Part shown: piece after piece, positions 1-11,982 of the stretch
Position numbering within the stretch: position 1 is the first letter of the stretch
Layout: every line of letters starts with the position of its first letter
Assembly: GCA_964304625.1 (NCBI GenBank)
Contig: OZ199838.1
Location: forward strand, 1,148,809 to 1,212,808
Length of the DNA: 64,000 nt
Reading direction: 5' to 3'
Origin: Kudoa neothunni
Taxonomy: Eukaryota; Animalia; Cnidaria
Notes under the pieces: generated by a model
The model's database searches: none
What the model was told of the DNA's origin: nothing
The model's input: only the letters and a program-made list of their open reading frames with translations
Program-made: the position numbers and the translations under genes

Positions 1-872
1 ACGTTGATTTTTAAAATGTACTGGGTTCGTATTATAATTTCATCATTTTTATTATAGTTATTTATTATAGTTATTATACATTTTCTAACCTTCTTTTTCC
101 TTCGAAATAATTTTTGAAAGTTATCTACCTTCTTTGAACGTTTTAAATTGGTACGATGAAAATTAGACTAAATTAACCCTACCTTAATGCAAATTGGGTA
201 TGATTATGAACAATAAGCGGGAAGATAAAAAATGGTTTCAAATCGCCTGGATATTTCAAAAATATGTAAAAGATACTTTTCGGAAAAATTCTTCCTATGT
301 TATATATTACAAAAAATGTACTGAAGGCATCAACAGTGAAAAGTCTTCAATTATTATTACAATTAAATTTAATCCTCAAGATTCTGTAAATATGTACGCT
401 CGCAAATTTCAATTCTAGCAATTCCTGCTTATTCGTCACATAAATAATTAGTTGCCATAATTCGCTATATTTAAATATTTTAAGTTCTCTATAATGTTTT
501 TAGTTGTTTTCGGACATACATATAATCAATATTTGGCAAGAATAGCCCCCTTCTTGAGACATTCTACTGTAAAATAATTATTTCCAAAAGAGATTTCAAT
601 AAATATAACGATACCATCGAAAAAACATCGATTTGCAGATTTTCTACTTATAATCTGGACTATATGAAAATATTCTTTGAAATTAATATGAAATTTTCAT
701 GTTCGCAATTCAAAATTGTGATCTATCTATAACACATTCTACTTGAAGCATTAAAGTTAACTTGTGATTGAAAATTAGATAAAGTTTTCAAACCTTACCG
801 TCCTGATTAGGGGTCCGAGATTCATACCCCGAGTCAAATAAAAATGATACGGCTGAGCATGTTCTTACCGTA

Positions 873-904
873 ATACTGATACTGATACTGATACTGATAC
901 TGAT
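873..904. repeat. (ATACTG)n hexamer tandem repeat, about 5 units
   Basis: Directly visible: atactgatactgatactgatactgatactgat. Confidence 0.9.
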
Positions 905-3769
905 TCTCTGTAATCGAAATCATTCTCGAAATTATGTCATGTGTGATTCATGCGCACTCGAAGATGATAAAAGTGTTGTAAATAGTAGTTATTTTATAAC
1001 TTTTATTGAAATAGATTTACAATTTCAAATTATTATTTTTTATTTGTTAATCTGTACAACAAATACAATAATTTTATATTATTCATAAAATAAATAATCT
1101 TATTACAATGATTATTAATATCTAAATTAAAATTACACTGTTTAAATGATAAAAAACTTTTAAAATAGGTTGAATTAACAATAATTGCAATATACATTAT
1201 TTAAAAATAATGTATATTATAAGTAAAATATCGATGTAATTAGCATAAAAATTATTTTATTAGATTTTGTTGGTTCATTGTCAATTTTTATCCCTCAAAT
1301 TACAGTCAACTTTCATTCAAAAAATTATGTAAACTAAAACTTTACTTTATATATTGTTTCATCTGTTTATTTTATATATTTAATTTTTAACTTTATAATT
1401 AAACCGTATAACTATACAATTGGACATTCCACGCAAACACCATTAGTCACGTCTAATATTTTGCATTCAAATATTAAATATCTGGACCATTTATAAATAG
1501 TTATTGATTTTTTTGAGGTTTATTTGTAAAAAATTCGATGACTAAAATCGACGTTTTTTTGTTGGTTCTATCATGCGCACGCACATTACCGGGTTAATTA
1601 AAATTTAAAAAATTGGAACAAGATCCCCGAAAAATATTTTTTATCAGAAGCAATAATGAAAAAACATTGAGAAAAATGATAGAATTAGAATTTTTTGTAA
1701 TTTTGTCATTTTCTCTATCTCAAAAAAAATAACTGGCCGTGAAACGCTTTTTTAAGGATGTATCTTTCTTAGGCATTATTTTCTTTTAAATTCTATTCTG
1801 TTGTAGAGACAATTTCATTTTGCAATACGTACAGACTAATTCATTTTACACCTTCTCTATGTTGATCAATTCGACAAGAAAACTATCAATTTCTTCTCGG
1901 TAGATTTTGAATATTCCCGGAAAATTAACGTCGAAATTATTTTAAATTTTCGACATAAAATCGAAAACCACGAACCCCATTAATAAATCATGATTTATAA
2001 ATATCGTTGTCTAATATAAATTCTCGTTTAGATCCAATTATGTTTCTAAAAAACACAAGGAAACAGCCAACCCATTCCATTTATTATCAGCTGTCAGTTG
2101 TATTTATAATATTTCTCCTTAAATTAGACTACTTATTTTATTCTTTTACGTAATTGCAATAGAAATATATTTCCTTGCATAAAAATAAATTTGTTTTATA
2201 ATTTATTTTTTGAGAACCGATGTGAAATTGTCATTTTAAATGGTAGGGAGTACAGGAACTTAAATGGATCTGGAAGTGTTGCCACGGAAAAATTGGTCAA
2301 ATGAAATAACTGATAATTTGTTCTTTAATAAGTTTATAAAATTAACTATATTAAATTACCAATGAAAATATATGTGTATAGGATAATTTGCATTTTTCCA
2401 ATATATCCCTTGTTACAATTAAAATAGTTTTAATTTGAGCCAAAAATACTAAATTATATTTGTTAAATTGTTTCTATTAGTTAAACATACACTTGGATTA
2501 AATTAATAAAGATCAAACGTGTCATAAAAATAAATCCAGACGGAATTTTAACCAGGTGATAAATCTAGATGTTAGTCTATATTTATTCGAAAAATTATTT
2601 CATACATAGAATTTACTAACATTTTAAACAAATTTTAAAATAATTGAAATTACTCGATTTTCATTTAATCGAGTACCGACTGTATCCTAATAGATAAATC
2701 ATAATAAATATCCCCCTATATTTATTCTAGCTTAAATATGAACAAATACAGAGATTCCCAGTTTTAACCTCATTATAAAAGAAAGATTTTTAATTACTAT
2801 TGATACGAGAATTTTTGTTCGTTTAAACATCATTATACATCCTAATCATCCATCCTTGCTACAATTCGGTCAAGAGTAATATGGCTAAAATTATCATAAC
2901 TTATACAAAATCTAAAGAAAATTTGAAGATATTAAACTACTATATAACTGTTAATTTCTGACGCGTAATGTTAAATGTTGAAATAATTCCGCCTTTCCCA
3001 CAATAAGATGTGTAAGCATCACATTAAATTCAAATTGAATAATAAGAACACATTTTAATAAATCCACTCGTTCAGTTACATTGTGAAACAGCTTAAAATT
3101 AACTAAAATTTCATACTGATGTTCACTATTAAATCCCAAAGAATGAATTTAAAAATACGCGCACGCAACCAACAAAGTTTAAAAATAAATGTCTTATCAA
3201 CTGGATTTTTGATCATAGTTAATTCTTTCTCATCCCTTAAAATGTAATAATACATAATAAGTAACGATCTAAAATATATATTAAGAAATATAATGTATAC
3301 ATAAATCATTAATATGAGTTGACGGGATTTAAAAAGGAAGTTACGCACGCGTGGATAAGATTTATGATAAATTCTGAAAGGGCCATCAAGTAGGGCCTTT
3401 AAAATAATCAAAATTATCTTTCTTCTCAATTTTCCGAAAAAACACTCAACCAAATTTTACCAATTAGACTACAATAGTTTAAATTATTAGATAGAATAGA
3501 GGAGTTGTTTAAAATTTTGCTGATCTTAAGTTCAAGCCGAGGATTAAAGTTAAGTTGAACATTCCGTGCGATAAACGTGTGACATTCAGATTGACCGTTA
3601 ACATCTCATCTTCGAGACATTATTATTATTATTTGAATTTGAATTTGAATAGATGGTCTTTCTTATTCAAACTATTAAAACCAGCATGAAATACAGTCCA
3701 AGAATCACAAATACCACAACAAAATCATGTGTCCAAGTCCGATGCTGTGGTTCACTTTCCAGTTTTCGA

Positions 3770-6145
3770 ATGTTCAAGATAAATCCTAGATCTTCGTTTT
3801 TAGTAAACGAGTTAACGTGCAGATCGAATAATTATAAAATAACCTAGAGTGATGTGGTAACAATAAATAAACGGTTCAACAGTTCATTTTCCAAGGAAAA
3901 TTCTCAATTTGAAAGAATTTGCAACAACTACACCGTGGCAAAGGCCAAACCCCCTCCATCCGGTAGGATAATGACAACATTAAAAATAGCCGCCGTTTTG
4001 GGGTTTGGTTGGTTGTTGCTTAGTGATGTGCCTTACGTGTATAGACCTATCAAGTATTGTTGGTTTTTGTCATGACCTACCGTAATCTACTTTCAAAAGA
4101 GCATTGTATGCAATCGCCAAAATTTTATGTGTCTATACCTTCTCATATCGATTCAACCCATTTATTGTGATATTTTGGTTATTGAGTAACTTGGTTAAAG
4201 TTGTTTTGTAGAAACCGGATGAGGATGAAATGGCCCTTTCAGACTGCCATACAAGAGCTGCGGAGTTGCTATTTTTAGCATGTGTCGAACTAAAAGGAAT
4301 TTATATCAAACTGGGGCAAGGCTTATCCACTATGCACCATATAATTCCTGACGAATACATAAGAGTGTTGACCAACTTGAAAAAATTAACTTCTGGAAGA
4401 ACATTGCGAAATGTATATGTGAATAGATAGATGACTACTAACTCTTTTGTATTTAGGCAACCGACACACTTGAACAAGAACTTGGCTTCGATTACAGAGA
4501 CATGTTTATTCGGATAGCCGCATATTCGTTTGCTGCTGCAAGTATGGCTTCGGTTTTTGCAGCCGTTTTGGATGATCCTGAAAAAAGCGATGTTGCACTT
4601 AAAGTAGTTAACTTACTTTGGGGTTAAATTTTAACGTTACACTTCAATTTTGTATCATTCAAATATTACCATCACTGGTAGGTTCAGTACAACGAAGTTG
4701 CTAGATACTCGGAAGGTGACTTGCAGTTCATTATTTTTGTTCTGCGTTTGCTGGAAATGTGGGATAAAGATCTTGAATTTAAATTTATTTTCGAAGTTGG
4801 TCTCATGTGCTTATTTTGCCGATTCTATTGACCAATTAGAGACTCTATCAATCACTACTCGACGAATCCAACTTTGTCAAAGAGGCTGAAAACCTGGAAA
4901 GATGTAAAAAAGATTTGGCATCATTTAATTTTGTCTACGTTCCAAAAGTTTATTATCCTATCACCTGTAGAGTAATTTCTCTGCTAGTCACTCGCTTTTG
5001 AAGAATAAATTTTATTTTTCTAAATACCCAATCACAAATAGAGAATAATTGGAATGGAATTTATTGATGGTGCAGAAATAACATTGACCAAGTTGACCAA
5101 TTACGACCTCGATATTAAAGATGTATTACTCACATTTTGTGATTGTCATATGTATGGTATTCCGTCGGTAGGTGATGCAAAAAATATTCCAAGTATTCGG
5201 CTATCAAATATTTCAGAGTGGGTTCGTACATGGTGATCCTCATCATTCTAACAGTAAATTTAATGTGATCTTAAATGATACTACCGTTGTGTTTAGTTTT
5301 GGCGCGTAAATCGAAAAATGGTAAAAACTCTGAAATTGTTGTTATCGATCACGGACTTTACACCGAATTGGATGAAAAGTATATTATATATTAGATAAGC
5401 GAGAGCTTTCTTTCAACATCTTCATTAAAGACATCGAATTGCGTTGGCCAATTTCTGGATTGCAGGTATTCTTGGAGATGAAAACAAAATGAAAGAAAAT
5501 GCTCAAATTCTGGGAATTAATGGTAACAACCATTCCCAATCACATATTTTACCATTTCCAATAACTTCTCACAAATTTTGGTCATATTTTATATTTTAGA
5601 CTTTAAAACATTTTGGACTATGTTGTTTCAGCGTCCTTATTCCACCGAGGGCATCTCAGTTGTGTCTCTGCAAGACAAAGAACAACTTATGAAATTGACG
5701 AAACAATATCTGAAAAATGTGTCCAAAATACTTAAAGCATTACCTTCCTCCATCTTGTTGGTATTAAGAAATTTGAATACGATTCGTTCGTTGAATATTG
5801 AACTGGAAGAGCCATGCAATTTCGTTTTAGAAATGACTCGATGGTAATCACATTTACTATTACTACTATTATTATTATTTGATACTTTATTGGCTTGTTT
5901 GGTTCTCATTGCTTTATTCTATTGGGTAGGGCTAAAGCTGCGATAGAAACGCCTTCCAAGAATTTTTCCATTTGGGAAAGGGTACTGAAGTTTTTCCACA
6001 ACATAATCCTTCGAATATTCATCATGTGAGTTGTTTTTTAATTTAATCGAATAATTATTTCTCTAGAAAAGAGGATGTAATGCGAAGATTCTATGGACGT
6101 CTCACCAGACATCTCAAAATGGATGAAATTTTAATTGAAATTTAA
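3770..6145 (+). CDS. ADCK5: ABC1/UbiB-family atypical kinase, ADCK5-like (about 14 exons)
   Basis: Manual GT-AG splicing gives a continuous frame: MFKINPRSSFL|SDVVTINKRFNSSF (mitochondrial-presequence-like), GIYIKLGQGLSTMHHIIPDEY (KxGQ motif, ADCK5-type GQGL..H..P.EY), AAASMASV, VALK|VQY, MEFIDG, GFVHGDPHHSN, VIDHGLY, LLVLRNLNTIRSLN; stop TAA 6143-6145. The start could also be ATG 3653, 3686 or 3971. Confidence 0.85.
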
Positions 6146-6275
6146 CTTTATACAACTTTTGCTAGCTACATTCTTGTTTATTGCCGATAAATCATACTGT
6201 GAAATCATTTCCTCACTATATTTTCGAGTCTGTAGTAAAGGATACATCGTAAATGAAATCTCGTTTAGCGTGTAA

Positions 6276-7373
6276 CACTAGTACATACGCAGAAAAACAT
6301 TACACTATTGCACTTTTTGTAGAATGAGATTTTGTGTTTGTTGGTGCTTTATAAGTATTCTATAAACCACGAAAAATCTATTTTTAAGCTTTTTTGAATA
6401 AATAATATAATGATTTATAACAAACCTGAAGAAATATGAAGAAAAACACAACGCCATTACTAAATCAATAACAACATTGAAGAACTGGTCCAGATCATTG
6501 GATTGATAATAAACACAAATAATTGGTTACAACTTTAACAGAGAACAGAATAATGTTGTTTGCACATGTTTCTGCCGCATTTTAAGCAGATTTTCTTTGT
6601 TTTTACATGCTTCTATTCTGGGGAAAATAGCATCTTTTCTTATCACCTCTCCTATCGTACCTCGGCGATGTTGCAAATGGAAGATAAGTTTTTTCGTTGG
6701 CGTACTTTTCATCAATTAAATTATGCAAATGTTGACGTCCTGTTCGGTTGTCGTATTTTAATTTAAATTCAGTACATTCATCTTGGTGCACGATCATTGA
6801 GTTGTAATCAGCGATGTCAAGAATCTTGTAAAATATTGTGAGTGACCATTAGAGAGTTCTCCTTCTTACAGTGTCGGATCTTCTGAGGTTTCTGTAATCA
6901 AGTTGATTGCATCACTAACGGAAAATATAATGCACGATTAATCGTTAGTTTTGACAAATATTTACAAACGCCCATAATTTGATTCATTACAAAATTTAAC
7001 AATATAACTAGAATTATATATCACAGAACAAAATAAGAAATAATTCTTTCTTTAAAGTGCATGGAAAGAAATAATTAAAAAATAAAACATTTTTAATATA
7101 CATAATAATATTCAGATTGACTTATACAACATACATTTTTTATTTTAGATTTTGAATTAGTTTTGACATTTTATTCGTTTAATTATTCAACAGCGTCCAT
7201 TGGACCCTGTTGTGCACATTAGATTGTTTTTTAATTACACAGAAATGAAAAAATATAAAACAAATTTTTGATCAACTTGACAGATTTTTGTTTTTCTGAC
7301 TATTTTGAAAGTGTTACAATTAGTGGAATAATCATGAACAGGGTCCATCGAACCTTGGGTTTACGTACAAGTG
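6276..7373 (-). mobile_element. Internally deleted piggyBac element
   Basis: Imperfect TIRs CACTAGTACATA / CACTTGTACGTA, with TTAA at 7374-7377 and GTAA at 6272-6275. The minus strand at about 6525-6640 reads KKRCYF.. then KTKKICLKCGRNMCKQHYSVLC*SC, the piggyBac C-terminal Cys-rich domain. Subterminal GGGTCCA.TGGACCC-like palindromes at about 7194 and 7341. Confidence 0.7.
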
Positions 7374-8589
7374 TTAAGTTGGTCTATTTTAACATACCGT
7401 GTTTCATCGATACTAATACCTAATGTAATTTCATGACTGTATTTAAAATAAGACCTACTCATATCTTTAGTGGGGATTTTATATAGGATGTGGCATTGTT
7501 TCTGAGTATGCCCGTAGTGATTATGCAACAGGCTCTTGACTAATAAGCTTGAACTACAACAATAATGAATGGCTATGTTTTCTATGAAGATAATAACAAT
7601 TCTTTTCTATAAAAATTTAACCTACATTACATTTTTATATAGTCACGCAAGAGTATAATCCTTTTGATTTTATGTTAGAAATAGAAGACCTATCTCGAAA
7701 ATAACACTTGGTAGCTATGTCTTATGTAAAATTAATATAAACCCGTATCTTATTTTTTAGGAAATGCGGCAGATAATATCGAGTCATCTTCACACGCATA
7801 ATACCTCCTAATTTGACATTTCTTACAAAATTACTCATATACTTTATAATTTTTTATTCATTAATTGATAATTTTGCGTAAGTCACTCTTAACTTGATGT
7901 ACAGAAAATAATTCAATAGGATTCTCAATGATATACGTTTTTTGGGGGATTTATAAGATTTTATACTTGAAATGTCGTAACGATTTCATCGTTGTGTATG
8001 AGAGCAGGATCTTAACTCCAAAAAGTAAAGTTGTCCTGATCAACTTATTTAAAATGTATAATTTCATTTTCTTCCAACAAAATAATATTATCTACACATA
8101 TGAATATTAAAATTTTTCTATTAATTACTTTAAAGTTTTCTTAATTTTTCAATAAAAATGAACAAAAAATCAATTATTTTTGTTTGAAAATAGGTGACTT
8201 ATTAACTCAATTACTAATTTGTTAACCATAACCATGACCTAATCAATTTTAACGTATTTAAATGAACGAATACGGCATATTTAAATATTTTTGAGTCCTT
8301 CTCACCGAATAGCACATTTATGCATAATGTTTTTTTAATTGGCTTTTGAGCGGTGAATTATTCCCAGATAAATTGGTTGCACCACACACGCAGTGTTTTT
8401 GATAGAGGTAGGATCTGGATGTTTTTAAAATAATCGCTCGATTTAGGACAATATGAGGTTTTTTATATTAAAATAAAAACCTGCCTGTTCTCTTTAATGA
8501 ACCTCTAGTTCATATCGTTGAGAATCTGATAAAACATAGATGAAGATAATCACACATTCATTTGCTAATGACACCAACCTGAAAGCTCT

Positions 8590-8860
8590 TTAATTCCCCT
8601 TAAGCAGCGCTTTTTCCAAAACTTATATTATGTGTGATTGGAATTTTTCTTCGGTCATTGTAGAAATGATAAACATCGTAGCATGCTTTTGAATTGTTTT
8701 ACACGCTTACATTGTGCTAATTTTTAATGGTGGACGTACGCTGTATCAGTTGTTTATAAAAATGAGCGGTCTCATCCAAATTTAATATGTATTCCAGATC
8801 ATAACTTGACGAAATCTTGGTAATATTTTCTATCCATTGATAAATATATTTAAAATCATC
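8590..8860 (-). pseudogene. Highly decayed hAT transposase C-terminal (dimerization) fragment
   Basis: The minus strand contains ISTMTEEK, resembling the LRSTMTEERL motif of hAT dimerization domains. Many stops; weak. Confidence 0.3.
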
Positions 8861-10847
8861 GCTTTCCTTCTCCGTGCAATTTGAGTTTTTCAGATCGTAA
8901 CGCCTTCTGCAATTATTAAACTAATCCTTATTTCCGTTAAAATCTTCTATTCGAATATCTGGCAATAATACTAGATTATTCAATCATTAAAAAATTATAT
9001 AATAGTTTTTTCTCGCATTGAAACTACCAAATTGTAAAAATTATTTTAATATTTTCCGAGTTTAAATATATTTATCAAGATTTTGAAATGTTTGAATACA
9101 CGGTTTCGTGTTGTTTAGAAAAACTTCTAAAGAGACTTAAACAACCTTTTTTAAATTATCCAACAATATTGAAGTTAATATAATTTGGTTAACCAACAAG
9201 TTTTACAGTAATATCATTAACGCAACGTATAAACTTAAAGAATCATGTAATCAATTATTTTTATTATATTTTCTTTAGTTATTTGAGAATTTATAATGCT
9301 TTTTTTAGTGCATCCATCAGATTAAAGGGATTAGATGCGATACATAATCATCCTTGTAATTCTTCGATATACAAATTTCTACCTTATCAAAAAAATTCGA
9401 TTTCTCAGATAAACATCTTTTGAATTAATATCACTTAGTTCTAATAGAAAATGAACACAAAAAATATTATTTTATGAAACGATTAAAATATCACTGCGAA
9501 ATCCCTACACAATGTGGAAACAAGAGGAACAACCAACACAGCAGTATCTACGACTATCAATATGTTAACTCACAATTTTAATTGTGTTGTTAAAATTATA
9601 AAATAGACAATAATGTTGTTACTTGATTATTTTTGGTTGATGACCTGATACGATTAACCTTTCAATTTTTTTGAAAATTTGTGCTAATGGAAACTATAAA
9701 TAAACTTTTGAAATCGCAGTGATTGTAAATTCAAATATTTTGACTAAATCTCACAATTTTTCTTCTTATTAATACACGCTTGTATTTGTATTTAATAAGA
9801 AGCTAACGATCCTATTTGAGAATTTCGCATGAATAATGCCTGCATTTTGTACGAAAAAATTCAAGCAGACATTGATGGCTTCTTGAAACAAATTTTAGAA
9901 TGCATTCCCATTTTGAATGTAAACTTTGTGTAATACAAATATTTCAATGTAAGTTAGCACAATATAATACGAATTAAAATCATTAAAACATTATCATATA
10001 TTAGTTAGAGTTATCATTCCCATCGAGAGTGAAAGCAAACGGACAACCTAAAAATCTAGGCTAACAGTCATTGTTTTATCTAGAAAAAATCCAACGAACA
10101 AAATAATATATTAACTATTTAAAATACTAACATATTATTAAAAAAATTTTATTTGAGCACAAAAATTGTATCACAATCAGTCTAATACAATATTTTTATC
10201 TCATGGGTTTAATAATTTTCATAAACTAACAATTTATTTCCTTACTGTTTTAAAATTTCAAAGTATGCAAATATGCCGCCTATTTAAAATAAGTGAGCAA
10301 TTGCCACAAAATTAAAAAAGTTTCAGGGCGCACGTACATATTAACCGAAGTAAAAATTGTTTATTTCATTCGAGTATTCTCCTTATTAACTAATAACTAA
10401 TCATTCGGGCACAATTTTACATATTAATTTTATTAAACGTTAAAAAGGCGAACTAAAGCTTTTATAACCCAGTAACACCCTACGATAATGTTGTATTTTT
10501 CTCCAAAAAAATCATTAACTACAAATGTGAATATAAAATTTTATGTGATTTTGTAGATTTGGAGTTGTTCCCTCCCGGTAACAATAGACAACCCCTTCAT
10601 GCGACTTATACGGATCCGTAGCAATAGTCACTGTCTGTCAATTTTTAATGTCTCACGTATTCTAGGAGATGCTCCCGTCCACGCAAATAGACACATCCAT
10701 AGATTAAATCTGCAGGTGATATATTGGATGAGAAGGTTTTATTCGAGAAACAGTTTATCCACCTTTAAATAAATATTAGAAAATTACGCAATATTGTAAT
10801 ATTACTTAAAGTTAATATTTGAGACTTAAAGAAAAGGTCAATATCGA

Positions 10848-10874
10848 ATATATATATATATATATATATATATA
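10848..10874. repeat. (TA)n microsatellite
   Basis: Directly visible. Confidence 0.95.
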
Positions 10875-11982
10875 GCATTTCTAAATAACTATGATTGGAT
10901 CGATTTGCTGCGACGATTTCATTGGGATTTTTCAATAATCACTTTAATATTTATAACCAGCAATTCTAATTGGATTGTTGTCATTTTTGTTAATAATATA
11001 CCTTCACGTGAAATGGTTGATTGTATAGTGAATCGATTTGTTGATTATATCTAACTAAAACCAAATGGGGATCGGGTAAAAATTCCCCTGGGGGGAAAGG
11101 GCTTCAACAATAATCATTCACTATAATCAATAATTATAATCTGATTAAAGATCAGTAATTAATACACTAATTACATTTACGTCCATCCAATTTTAATATA
11201 AACCTCACGCAATGTGTGATAAAATAAGACACTCCACTCATTACTAATGTATGATAATATGCGTGTTTTATGGTTAAAAAAGGTCACCAGCCTGATAAAT
11301 TGTAATAATAACAGATTTTGCGCAAGCGCTAATTCATGTTAATCTTCATAATCCTTCCACATAAATACAATAAAACTCTACAATTCTAACAACAATTTTA
11401 TTCAATTTTATAAGATTTATTATCATACACAGATACTGGTAGTTGTTGGAGTTTTATTCCGCCTAATAAATAGTGAAACAAATACCACACACCACCACAT
11501 TAGTTATTAGTTAATCCTCGTGTAATGTGGATTAAAATGTTTGTAAATGAATCAGGTGTTGTTGAATCGACTTGTTATAATTTCTTAAGCCGTCTTAAGG
11601 TGTTAACGTATTTTCTAACGTCGAGTTTATTCATTCCGCTTACGATTAATGTGTAGAGTAGGTCAACAAATCAATTAAAACGCCGATTAAAAATAATGTG
11701 GCATTACAAGGCGTAACCAAATGCAATATAGTAGATCCAATAATATTTAGTATTTTTATTAAATACATAAATCGGTGTGTCCAATTTCACTGAATCTACT
11801 GTGTGACACTATCAAATAGGATCTTCATTTAACGCGTAAACTTCAATCAACCATCCATAATTTACATCCCTATAGTAAATAGGATTATTTGGATGCTGCA
11901 TGAGTATAGATCGGCAAAGAGGATTGCAATATATCGTTCCTAATAGCAGGTGGAGGTGTTGTGATTGCTTTACGTTGTAGTG

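Noticed and set aside
194-3453. Short ORFs at 194, 2951 and 3103 (and similar ones at 7928, 16932, 36871, 47505, 60772)
   Set aside because: F/I/K/N/L-rich chance ORFs in AT-rich DNA, with no motifs or coherent exon structure.
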